DNA of 32,000 bases, taken from assembly GCF_002234575.2 (NCBI RefSeq), contig NZ_CP022464.2, positions 3,119,944 through 3,151,943 of the forward strand, in the 5' to 3' direction. Source of the DNA: Enterocloster bolteae (GTDB lineage Bacteria > Bacillota > Clostridia > Lachnospirales > Lachnospiraceae). The translations under genes and the position numbers were made by a program. Below the pieces are notes generated by a model. It saw nothing but the letters and a program-made list of their open reading frames with translations, ran no database searches and had not been told where the DNA came from. This document shows positions 1 to 8,566 of this stretch, in pieces. Position 1 is the first letter of the stretch. Each line of letters starts with the position of its first letter.

Positions 1-1
1 A

Positions 2-355
2 AAAGAATTGGAAAATTTCAATGCGGAAGTGATAAACGCAGCAAATGACAGTTTCCAGGAAACGGCAAAAGAAGCCGCAGAAATGTTAAAAAAAGGCGGA
101 CCGTACCAGGAAAGAACCGGAGCATACACAAAAGATTGGGCGGTTGACAAGCGAGGAAGCCGGACAAGTGTAGTTACCGGGTTAAATGGATATAGCGTTT
201 ATAACAAGAAGCATTACCAATTAACCCACCTTTTGGAAAACGGACACCAAAGCAGAAAAGGGGGCCGTGTAAAGGCATTTAGCCACATTGCCCCGGTCAA
301 TGAACAATTGGGCGAAATGGTAACCGGAAAGATTGAAAGCAAATTAAGGGGGTAA
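2..355 (+). CDS. HK97 gp10-family phage head-tail/tail-completion protein (5' partial; frame is open to the window edge)
   Basis: The frame is open from nt 2, so the TTG at 8 is probably internal. The motif YQLTHLLENGH and the small size fit the HK97 gp10 family. The gene lies directly upstream of the tail genes. Confidence 0.55.
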   Translation, partial: KELENFNAEVINAANDSFQETAKEAAEMLKKGGPYQERTGAYTKDWAVDKRGSRTSVVTGLNGYSVYNKKHYQLTHLLENGHQSRKGGRVKAFSHIAPVNEQLGEMVTGKIESKLRG

Positions 356-357
356 AA

Positions 358-717
358 ATGGCAACGGCAGCAGTATTAACAGAGAGGGCGGAAAGTCTGG
401 GACTACCCATAACAAAAAACGCCTTTGAGGGGACTTTAGAAAACCCCGTGCCGCCATTACCTTACATGGTTTACCTTTTGCCACGGGAAGCAACCGCCGG
501 GGCGGATAGTAGACCAAATAATCTAATGGCGGATGATTGGCAATTGGAACTTTACACCGTTGCAGATGATGAAGCGGCGGAAGAAATCAGAACACGGATT
601 GAAAACGAGGTTTTACATGATGTGGACTATGTTAAATTTGTGGCTTATGTGGATAGTGAGGAATGTTTTCAAACGGCCTACGAAGTCACGGGATTATTGA
701 GGAAAGCGAGGAAATAA
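358..717 (+). CDS. phage structural protein in the tail-terminator/head-tail joining position
   Basis: 119-aa ORF starting 3 nt after the previous stop. It sits between the gp10-like gene and the major tail gene. Function is inferred from synteny only. Confidence 0.4.
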   Translation: MATAAVLTERAESLGLPITKNAFEGTLENPVPPLPYMVYLLPREATAGADSRPNNLMADDWQLELYTVADDEAAEEIRTRIENEVLHDVDYVKFVAYVDSEECFQTAYEVTGLLRKARK

Positions 718-719
718 GA

Positions 720-1274
720 ATGGACAAAGAAAGCATTGTTTTAGGTAGCGGAGATTTGTATTGTACAGACTTCCAGGGAACAAACGAAGCAATCCCGGAT
801 GATGCGGCGATTGAAACAGAAGATAACCGCCTGGGGCATATTAAGGGCGGTGCGGAAATTGAGTATGCACCGGAGTTTTACGAAGCAAAAGACGATATGG
901 GTAAAGTTTCCAAAGTAATTATTACGGAAGAGGAAGCCACCCTTAAAAGCGGAATTATGACATGGTGCGGAACAACGCTTGAAAAGTTATGTCAGACCGC
1001 AAGAGTGACAGAAGATAAGGCAAAGGGAATTAGAACGGTCAAAATTGGCGGTATCGGAAACGCAACGGGTAAGAAATACCTTTTGCGATTTGTCCATAAA
1101 GATACCAAGGACGGAAATATCCGTGTAACGATTGTTGGTAATAACCAGGCCGGTTTTACGATTGCCTTTGCAAAGGATAGCGAAACCGTTATTGATGCAG
1201 AATTTAAAGCACAGCCTATGGACAAAGAGGGTACTTTAATCCTTTACACAGAGGATATTGACAAAACAGAGTAG
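720..1274 (+). CDS. major tail protein (siphovirus type)
   Basis: The ATG at 720 is preceded by GAGGAAA. The 184-aa acidic protein lies immediately upstream of the chaperone pair and the tape measure. The upstream ATG at 663 overlaps the previous gene and is less likely. Confidence 0.55.
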   Translation: MDKESIVLGSGDLYCTDFQGTNEAIPDDAAIETEDNRLGHIKGGAEIEYAPEFYEAKDDMGKVSKVIITEEEATLKSGIMTWCGTTLEKLCQTARVTEDKAKGIRTVKIGGIGNATGKKYLLRFVHKDTKDGNIRVTIVGNNQAGFTIAFAKDSETVIDAEFKAQPMDKEGTLILYTEDIDKTE

Positions 1275-1355
1275 CCAAAACACGGGCCAACGATAAGAAC
1301 GGGCGGCCGGTTGAAAAATCGAGCCGCCTTATTGCATGAAAGAGAGGAACACAAC

Positions 1356-1706
1356 ATGGCAGTAAAAGAATTTAACATGAACAAAATTAAACGTACCTTT
1401 TGGCCGTTTACTCTGAAAGATAAAAAGGATGAAAACGGAAATGTGGTTGAAAAGGGCAAAAAAATTATTGTCCGTATGCCGCAAAAGGGCGTTTTTGAAG
1501 CAATAAAGGATGTGGAAGCCAACGGAACGGGCGAGGATGCCGATACATCAACCATTTATAACCTTGTGGCAGCAGTATTAAACAACAATATGGGAAATGT
1601 GAAAGTTTCAGCCGAAGAGGTAGAGAGTTACGACATTGAAGAGTGTACGGCAATCCTTAACGCATACATGGAGTTTGTGGATGAATTAAAAGCAAACCCA
1701 AACTAA
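1356..1706 (+). CDS. tail assembly chaperone (gpG-like)
   Basis: The ATG at 1356 is preceded by AGAGAGGAA. It is the first of two small ORFs between the major tail and tape measure genes. Confidence 0.55.
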   Translation: MAVKEFNMNKIKRTFWPFTLKDKKDENGNVVEKGKKIIVRMPQKGVFEAIKDVEANGTGEDADTSTIYNLVAAVLNNNMGNVKVSAEEVESYDIEECTAILNAYMEFVDELKANPN

Positions 1707-1708
1707 AA

Positions 1709-1996
1709 ATGCCCTATTATCCACGCCAGGATAAAAAGGGCGAAATCCCGTATACAATCCTTACACGCCCGGAAAAATTGGTTATGGACTATTGCCATAT
1801 CAATATTTACGAAGTCCAGGAAATGGAAATAGATATTTACCTTTTCTTCTTACGGGAAGCAATGATTTTTGAAAATTCACAGACCGAAGAGGGACGGAAA
1901 TATTTAAAAGATTGCTTCCGTATGGAGCAGACAAAACCGGACCGTGAGGGATTAAGAGAAAGATTTGGAAAGAAAGGGGGAAAATCAAGTGGCTAA
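1709..1996 (+). CDS. tail assembly chaperone gpT-like segment (possibly made as a -1 frameshift fusion to 1356-1706)
   Basis: The ORF is in the -1 frame relative to the preceding chaperone. No Shine-Dalgarno sequence precedes its ATG. The frame is already open from 1685 and overlaps the last codons of the upstream gene. Confidence 0.45.
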   Translation: MPYYPRQDKKGEIPYTILTRPEKLVMDYCHINIYEVQEMEIDIYLFFLREAMIFENSQTEEGRKYLKDCFRMEQTKPDREGLRERFGKKGGKSSG

Positions 1997-4982
1997 CAAC
2001 ATTAAGGGTATTACTATTGAGATTGGCGGAGATACAACCAAGTTGCAAAATGCCTTAAAGGGTGTAAACGGGGACCTCAAAAGTACCAAGAATGAGTTAA
2101 AAGAGGTTGAAAAGGGCTTGAAATTAGACCCCAAGAATACCGAACTTTTAGCACAGAAACAACAGTTGCTTACAAAGGCAGTAGGCGAAACCAAAGATAA
2201 ATTAGATGTATTAAAAACGGCAGAAGCCCAGGTGGAGCAGCAGTTTAAAAACGGCGAAGCATCCGAGGAGCAGTACCGGGCAATCAAACGTGAAGTAATC
2301 GCAACGGAAGCAGAACTTAAAAACCTGGAAGAGCAAGCAAAGGCGAGTAATTCAACGCTTGCAAAGGTGGGGGATGCTTTTGGAACGGTAGGGGATAAGG
2401 CAACCAAAGCCGGGGAAAAGATGATGCCCGTAACGGCCGGAATAACCGCATTAGGAGCAGCCGGGGTTGCTGCATCTATGGAATTAGATAACGGCTATGA
2501 CACCATTATTACCAAGACGGGAGCAACCGGGGAAGCCCTGGAAAGCCTTACGACAGTAGCGGACAATGTATTTTCAGATATGCCAACTACAATGGATGAT
2601 GTGGGCGTAGCGGTTGGAGAAGTAAATACAAGGTTCGGGGCAACCGGGACAGAGTTAGAAAATCTTTCAAAAGAATTTATTAAATTTGCAAACATCAACG
2701 GAACGGATTTAAACACGGCTATTGATAGCGTGGACAGTATTATGACAAAATTCGGCGTTGATGCTTCACAGACAAAAAATGTGTTGGGGCTTATGACAAA
2801 AGCGGGCCAGGACACGGGTATTTCAATGGAAACATTGGAAACCGCACTTACAACCAACGGTGCAAGCCTTAAAGAAATGGGGCTTGATTTAACATCATCC
2901 GTTAATTTGCTTGCACAAATGGAAGCAAGCGGCGTTGATGTTTCAACCGCACTTGCCGGAATGAAAAAAGCGGTTCAGAACGCAACGGCAGACGGCAAGA
3001 GTGCAGACGAAGCATTGACCGAAACAATAGATAGCATTAAAAACGCAAAGACAGAAACGGAAGCCTTAACCATTGCATCCGACCTTTTCGGAAAGAAAGG
3101 TGCGGCGGAAATGACCCAGGCAATCCGTGAGGGGCGCTTATCCGTAGACGATTTAAGCGGTGCTTTATCAGACTATGGGGATGTGGTAAGTGACACATTT
3201 GAAACCACATTAGACCCGTGGGATGATGCAGCCGTAGCAATGAACAATTTGAAACTTGCCGGGGCAGACCTGGGAAGTTCCATTTTAACCACATTGCAGC
3301 CAACAATTGATAAGGTTGTGAACAAGGTAAAAGAGTTTACAACATGGTTTAAAAACCTGGACGACAACACAAAACAGATGATTGTAAAAATCGGAATGAT
3401 TGTTGCGGCTATCGGCCCGGCTTTAATCATATTTGGGAAAATGTCAACGGGAATATCCGGGGTAATAAAAACCGTAACGGGATTAACAAGCAAAATAGGC
3501 GGAATGAGTGGTGTTTTATCAGCACTCACGGGACCGGTTGGAATAGTGATTGCTATTATAGCGGCACTTGCCGCCGGGTTCATTGCTTTATATAAAACGA
3601 ATGATGAATTTAAAGAGAAAGTGGACGGGACCATAGGAAAGGTAAAGGATGCCTTTTCGCAGATGTGGACAACCATACAACCGCTTTTGGAGAGCCTAAA
3701 GCAAGCGTTTATTAACCTCATGGCTGCATTAAAACCCGTATTTGAATTTGTTCTTACATACATAGCAAGTATTGTAAATGGGGTTATCAATGCAGCAGCA
3801 CCGATAATTGCAGCAATCCAAAATGTGATTGATTTTGTTACCAATATCATAAATGCCATTATAGCGTTATTACATGGAGATTTTGACGGTTTCTTTTCGT
3901 ATCTGCAAGGTGCGTTTAATAGTGCAATATCGTTTGTAAAAAACATCATCCAGGCGGTTATAAATTTCATAATCGGATTTTTAGAGGGGTTCGGCGTAAA
4001 TGTAAAAACATTATTTACCAATATTTGGAATAGCATTGTTGCCGTATTCCAGGGCGTGGGTCAGTGGTTCAGTGACCGATTTACGGAAGCATGGAACGCA
4101 ATAACCACAATTTTTTCTGCAATCGGTTCATGGTTCGCCGCCAGGTGGAACGACATAAAAACCGCCCTTGCGACCGTGGCAACGTGGTTTCTTACCATGT
4201 TTACAAATGCCTATACGAATGTAACAAACGTATTCGCTACAATCGGTTCATGGTTCGCCGCAAGGTGGAACGATATAAAAACCGCCCTTGCAGCAGTAGC
4301 CACATGGTTTTTAACTATGTTCACAAACGCATACACCAACGTAACAAATGTATTTGCTGCAATTGGTTCATGGTTTGGGGCAAGGTGGACGGAGATAAAA
4401 ACCGCCCTTGCATCCGTTCCAACATGGTTTAAAACACAGTTTGATAACGCATGGACGAACATAAAAAACGCATTTGCCAATGTAACTTCCTTTTTCTCTG
4501 ATTTATGGGAGAAAATCAAGGGTTGTTTCGTAAATGTCGGTACGGCAATTGGTAGTGCGGTAAGTGATGCTTTTAAATCGGCAATCAACAGTTGCCTATC
4601 AACCATAGAGGGCGTTGTAAATAAGTTTATCGGTATGATTAACGGGGTAATTGGAATTATCAATGAGATACCGGGCGTTTCACTTTCAAAAATTGATACG
4701 CTTTCACTTCCGAGACTTGCAAAGGGCGGTGTATTAAGAGAGGGTACGGCAATGGTAGCAGAAGCCGGGCCGGAACTTTTAAGCATGGTAAACGGAAAAG
4801 CGGTTGTAACACCGCTTACGGGTTCAGCCGTAAACACGGCAGCAGACAACCTAAAGGGTAATAATGGCGGTTTCCACCAGGAAATCAATATTACAAGCCC
4901 TAAAGCCCTATCCCCTTATGAAGTGGCAAGACAAACGAGAATACAGACCCGTGCAATGGCTATTGCAATGCAGAGGGGGTAA
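1989..4982 (+). CDS. tail tape measure protein
   Basis: 997 aa counted from the GTG at 1989, which is preceded by AAGGGGGA. The N-terminus VANNIKGITIEIGGDT and a coiled-coil region are TMP-like. There is a central hydrophobic/TM block, W/F-periodic repeats, and the canonical position after the chaperones. Confidence 0.9.
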   Translation: MANNIKGITIEIGGDTTKLQNALKGVNGDLKSTKNELKEVEKGLKLDPKNTELLAQKQQLLTKAVGETKDKLDVLKTAEAQVEQQFKNGEASEEQYRAIKREVIATEAELKNLEEQAKASNSTLAKVGDAFGTVGDKATKAGEKMMPVTAGITALGAAGVAASMELDNGYDTIITKTGATGEALESLTTVADNVFSDMPTTMDDVGVAVGEVNTRFGATGTELENLSKEFIKFANINGTDLNTAIDSVDSIMTKFGVDASQTKNVLGLMTKAGQDTGISMETLETALTTNGASLKEMGLDLTSSVNLLAQMEASGVDVSTALAGMKKAVQNATADGKSADEALTETIDSIKNAKTETEALTIASDLFGKKGAAEMTQAIREGRLSVDDLSGALSDYGDVVSDTFETTLDPWDDAAVAMNNLKLAGADLGSSILTTLQPTIDKVVNKVKEFTTWFKNLDDNTKQMIVKIGMIVAAIGPALIIFGKMSTGISGVIKTVTGLTSKIGGMSGVLSALTGPVGIVIAIIAALAAGFIALYKTNDEFKEKVDGTIGKVKDAFSQMWTTIQPLLESLKQAFINLMAALKPVFEFVLTYIASIVNGVINAAAPIIAAIQNVIDFVTNIINAIIALLHGDFDGFFSYLQGAFNSAISFVKNIIQAVINFIIGFLEGFGVNVKTLFTNIWNSIVAVFQGVGQWFSDRFTEAWNAITTIFSAIGSWFAARWNDIKTALATVATWFLTMFTNAYTNVTNVFATIGSWFAARWNDIKTALAAVATWFLTMFTNAYTNVTNVFAAIGSWFGARWTEIKTALASVPTWFKTQFDNAWTNIKNAFANVTSFFSDLWEKIKGCFVNVGTAIGSAVSDAFKSAINSCLSTIEGVVNKFIGMINGVIGIINEIPGVSLSKIDTLSLPRLAKGGVLREGTAMVAEAGPELLSMVNGKAVVTPLTGSAVNTAADNLKGNNGGFHQEINITSPKALSPYEVARQTRIQTRAMAIAMQRG
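4121..4480 (+). repeat. three tandem 120-bp (40-aa) repeats inside the tape measure gene
   Basis: AATCGGTTCATGG at 4121 and 4241, and AATTGGTTCATGG at 4361. The repeated peptide is IGSWFAARWNDIKTALAxVATWFLTMFTNAYTNVTNVFA, and the third copy is more diverged. Confidence 0.85.
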
Positions 4983-4985
4983 ATT

Positions 4986-5939
4986 ATGGCAGATATTACA
5001 ATTACTTGTACAAATGATAAAAATGTTTCTATTACCTTTAGGTGGGATTGGGATAAAAGCCCATTCCACCTATTGGATGTAGAGGGAATTTATGGTTACA
5101 GTTGCAAGGTTACAACATCAGAAAATACTACCACGGACGGCAGCACATACCAGGGAAGCACGGCAGAGGAAAGAAACATTGTAATTACAACAGAGATTGA
5201 CGGGGATTACAAAAAGAACCGGGAATTATTATACAGAGTATTCCAAAAGGGCAGAACCGGAACGCTTGAATATAGCGAGGACGGGGATGTAAAAACTATC
5301 AATTACAAAGTAGAAAATGTATTGCCGGGAGCAATAACGGGCGTTGTGAGGGATTATACAATTAGTCTTAAATGTCCAGACCCATACTTTAAGGACCTGT
5401 CAGATGTGGAAGTGGTAATGGCAAGTTGGGTATCAGATTGGTACTTTGAAAACGGGTTTGATATTAACGGCGTGGAATTTGGACACCGGGAAGCCGAGTT
5501 GGTAAAAGAAATTGAGAATGACAACGGAGCGGACAATATCGGAATTACCGCAATATTCAAAGCAGACGGCATTGTAAAAAATCCGGCCATTTACCATTCA
5601 GAGAGTGGGAAATATACAAAGGTTGGTTATACCGGAAATGATTTTGAATTACAAAGCGGTCAATATGTGGTTATTTTCACACATACCGGAAAGAAAAATA
5701 TGTATCTTTTGGACGGTGTGAGCCAGGCGGAAATTGAGGAACACAAGGACCGTTACGGAATGATTGATTGGGACACGGTTGTTTCCATATACGGGACAAT
5801 CATAAACCAATATTATGACGAGGACGGGGAGTATATACAGTTGCAGGACGGCACAAACACCATTACATACAACGCAGAAAGCGGCATTAACTATTTATCC
5901 GTGTCAGTATATTACCGCATTTCATATTTGGGGGTGTAA
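4986..5939 (+). CDS. distal tail protein (Dit-like phage tail component)
   Basis: 317-aa ORF starting 4 nt after the TMP stop, which is the canonical Dit position. The assignment rests on synteny. Confidence 0.6.
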   Translation: MADITITCTNDKNVSITFRWDWDKSPFHLLDVEGIYGYSCKVTTSENTTTDGSTYQGSTAEERNIVITTEIDGDYKKNRELLYRVFQKGRTGTLEYSEDGDVKTINYKVENVLPGAITGVVRDYTISLKCPDPYFKDLSDVEVVMASWVSDWYFENGFDINGVEFGHREAELVKEIENDNGADNIGITAIFKADGIVKNPAIYHSESGKYTKVGYTGNDFELQSGQYVVIFTHTGKKNMYLLDGVSQAEIEEHKDRYGMIDWDTVVSIYGTIINQYYDEDGEYIQLQDGTNTITYNAESGINYLSVSVYYRISYLGV

Positions 5940-5943
5940 GAGC

Positions 5944-6990
5944 ATGGAAATTATTGTATATGACCGCAATTTGTACCGCCTGGGGACGATTGAAAACCAT
6001 ACATCCTTACAATGGCATAGAAAATATTACGAGTGTGGCACGTTTGAGTTACACGCCCCGGCAACAGAGGACAACATAAGGCTTTTGCAGCCGGGTAATG
6101 TAATAAGGCCAAAAGGAAAGGATGAAGCCGCCGTTATCCGTGGGGACCAGACGGAAGAGGAAAGCACCCTTGTAAATGAGATTGTGCGAAACGGCTATTT
6201 TCTGCCTATATATTTCAATGACAGATTGACCGGCCCCATGTTCACATTCAACGGAACGTGTGAAGATGCCATGCGCTTTATGATTAACCGTATGGCAGCA
6301 GTACCGTTATTGGAAGTAGCCCCAGGAATAGGGGATGCAACCAAAATAACATTCCAGGCAACCTATAAGAATGTTTTAACCTATCTTTCCAAGATTGCCC
6401 GGTATTGTGAATTGGGCTTTAGGGTAGTGCCGGACTTTAAGGGTAAGAAAATGACCTTTGAAACATACAAAGGCATAGACAGAACCACGAAGCAAGGCAC
6501 AAAGCCCCGTGTAATCTTTTCAGAGAGTTACAACAACCTAAACCGTGCAAAACATACCTATTCAGACGAAACCGCCAAAACAAAGATTGTTGTAGGTGGG
6601 GCCGGGGACGGTGCGGACCGTATTTATGTAACGGTTGGCGGCGGAACGGGGTTTGATTTACGGGAAGAGTTTTTGGATGCCAAAGACATAAACAAAGATG
6701 ATTTTTCAACCAATGCGGAATACCTGGAAGCGTTACGCATCCGGGGGGAGCAGTACAGAGCGGAAAACGCCGTGATTGAGAACATAGAAGCCGAAGTGGA
6801 AGCCGAGGTTAATTTTATCTATGGCACGGATTACGATTTAGGGGACATTGTGACAGTAGAAAAGGCGAAATGGAACAAAGTATTAAATTTACGTATTACG
6901 GAACTTTGCGAGGTTTACGAATACGGCGGAATGTATGTTGTTCCTACTTTTGGGGATGCCCTACCCACAACAATAAATTGGGACAATTAG
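5944..6990 (+). CDS. siphovirus Gp37-like tail protein (Tal position)
   Basis: ATG at 5944 after GGGGTG. The N-terminus MEIIVYDRNLYRLGTIENHTSLQWHRKYYECGTFELHAP resembles the Sipho_Gp37 family. It follows Dit. Confidence 0.55.
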   Translation: MEIIVYDRNLYRLGTIENHTSLQWHRKYYECGTFELHAPATEDNIRLLQPGNVIRPKGKDEAAVIRGDQTEEESTLVNEIVRNGYFLPIYFNDRLTGPMFTFNGTCEDAMRFMINRMAAVPLLEVAPGIGDATKITFQATYKNVLTYLSKIARYCELGFRVVPDFKGKKMTFETYKGIDRTTKQGTKPRVIFSESYNNLNRAKHTYSDETAKTKIVVGGAGDGADRIYVTVGGGTGFDLREEFLDAKDINKDDFSTNAEYLEALRIRGEQYRAENAVIENIEAEVEAEVNFIYGTDYDLGDIVTVEKAKWNKVLNLRITELCEVYEYGGMYVVPTFGDALPTTINWDN

Positions 6991-7009
6991 GAAAGGAGAG
7001 GAAAAGCAA

Positions 7010-8050
7010 ATGGCAGTAAGAGGATTTTTTTACAATTCCGTAAATAAAGACCGATTATACAACGGCCAGGATATGAACGAGGATAAAGCCCCGTTCTATA
7101 AAGAGGGCGTGGCGTATGGACATTTGCAAGTGACCGCAGACGGGGAAAGTATGGCGGTAAAGGTGGACGGCGGAAACCGTACCGGGTACGCATACATTAA
7201 CTTGCACACAATCCATAATACAACCGTCCTGGAATTACCCGTGAGCGGTTCAAACGGTACATTGCCAAGAATTGACCGTGTAATATTGCGGAATGATGAA
7301 ACAGAGCGAAAACCAAGCATTTTTATTTTAGAGGGGGCATATTCGAGTAATCCGCAGCCGCCGGAACTTACGAACAATGACACAATCCAGGAAAAATGTT
7401 TGGCGGAAATTTATGTGGCCGCTGGAGCGGTGGCAATATCCCAAAGTGATATTACAGACACCAGGGCAGACACGGGATTGTGCGGTTTCATTGCATCACA
7501 GTTTGAGGACTTTGATTTTTCACAGTTCACAAAGCAATTTAACGCATGGTTCGCCCTGGAAAAAAAGAGCATGGAACAAGACCATGCAAATTTCATTGAA
7601 GAATACGCCGAAATGACACAAGCATTTATGACGGACCAGGAAGCACAATGGAATAAGTGGTTTAAAGAGAAGCAAACGGAACTTTCCGGGGACATTGCCG
7701 GGAAACTGCAATTACAGATTGATGATGTAAAAGAAAAGGTTTACAACATTGCCTTTAAGGTTTACATCATTAGCACATTGGAGCAGATTACAAGCCCGGT
7801 AACGGTAAAACTCACAAACAAGACAACCGGGACCATGCAGACGGTTACAGTTACAAAAAGCCAAATGGGCTTTTATATCACAGAAGCCGGAGAATACACC
7901 GTGGAAGCGGATTTGGAAAGCGTTATGGTTACACCGAAAGCCTTTAAGGTTACAAACGATAATCTTATGACAACGCAGAATATTACATTGCGTGAGGGTT
8001 CAAACCTGGGCTATATCGGAAATTATATTGGTTCATTTATTGCACAATAA
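7010..8050 (+). CDS. putative tail fibre / baseplate-associated structural protein
   Basis: 346-aa ORF with an RBS (AGGAGAGGAAAAG), lying downstream of the Tal-like gene. I recognised no catalytic motif. Confidence 0.4.
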   Translation: MAVRGFFYNSVNKDRLYNGQDMNEDKAPFYKEGVAYGHLQVTADGESMAVKVDGGNRTGYAYINLHTIHNTTVLELPVSGSNGTLPRIDRVILRNDETERKPSIFILEGAYSSNPQPPELTNNDTIQEKCLAEIYVAAGAVAISQSDITDTRADTGLCGFIASQFEDFDFSQFTKQFNAWFALEKKSMEQDHANFIEEYAEMTQAFMTDQEAQWNKWFKEKQTELSGDIAGKLQLQIDDVKEKVYNIAFKVYIISTLEQITSPVTVKLTNKTTGTMQTVTVTKSQMGFYITEAGEYTVEADLESVMVTPKAFKVTNDNLMTTQNITLREGSNLGYIGNYIGSFIAQ

Positions 8051-8071
8051 AAAGAAAGAGAGGATTAAACA

Positions 8072-8566
8072 ATGGTAGGATTTCCAAAAGTAATTAAGAC
8101 AAAGGCGGATTTAGTCAACACTTACAAACTTGTAAAGAAAGGCAGATTGAAGAAAAAAGATTGGTTGGCAGCAGTTGAGAAGTTGGAAAATCAGAATTTC
8201 ATCTTTTGCCCTATCCTGGAGAAAACCGAGGATAGAAAGGGCGTTACACTTATGTTTGTAAACGAGGTTACAGAGGGGGACAAGGTAAAAGCCGGGAACG
8301 CGACCGCAACCGTTAAGACCGTGGAGCATATCGAGGTTGAAAAGGCAGCAGAAGCAGACCAGGAAGCGGCAGCAGTAGAGGGAACGGCGGCAGCAGATGC
8401 CGAAACAACCACAAATAACAATCAGACCAAGCACACAATTTTGACACTTTCAAAGGCTATTGCGGCGGATGCGGCTACAATCGGTATTCCGGCAGAAGTT
8501 ACATTTTATGACCGCCTGGGAATTACAGAAGAGGAAGTGGAGCAGATGAAAGGAGAGTTAGCATAA
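8072..8566 (+). CDS. hypothetical phage protein, translationally coupled to the DGR target gene
   Basis: 164-aa ORF with an RBS (AGAGAGGA). It has a central Ala/Glu/Thr-rich low-complexity linker. Its stop overlaps the next start (TAATG at 8564-8568). Confidence 0.4.
   Translation: MVGFPKVIKTKADLVNTYKLVKKGRLKKKDWLAAVEKLENQNFIFCPILEKTEDRKGVTLMFVNEVTEGDKVKAGNATATVKTVEHIEVEKAAEADQEAAAVEGTAAADAETTTNNNQTKHTILTLSKAIAADAATIGIPAEVTFYDRLGITEEEVEQMKGELA

Noticed and set aside
3037-4888. Long alternative-frame and antisense ORFs inside the tape measure gene (for example 3173-4036 minus, 287 aa; 4211-4888 minus, 225 aa; 4091-4432 plus, 113 aa)
   Set aside because: They lie wholly within a well-supported 997-aa CDS. 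Their sequences are low-complexity or repeat-derived and no RBS precedes them. They are typical shadow ORFs of a compositionally biased, repetitive gene.
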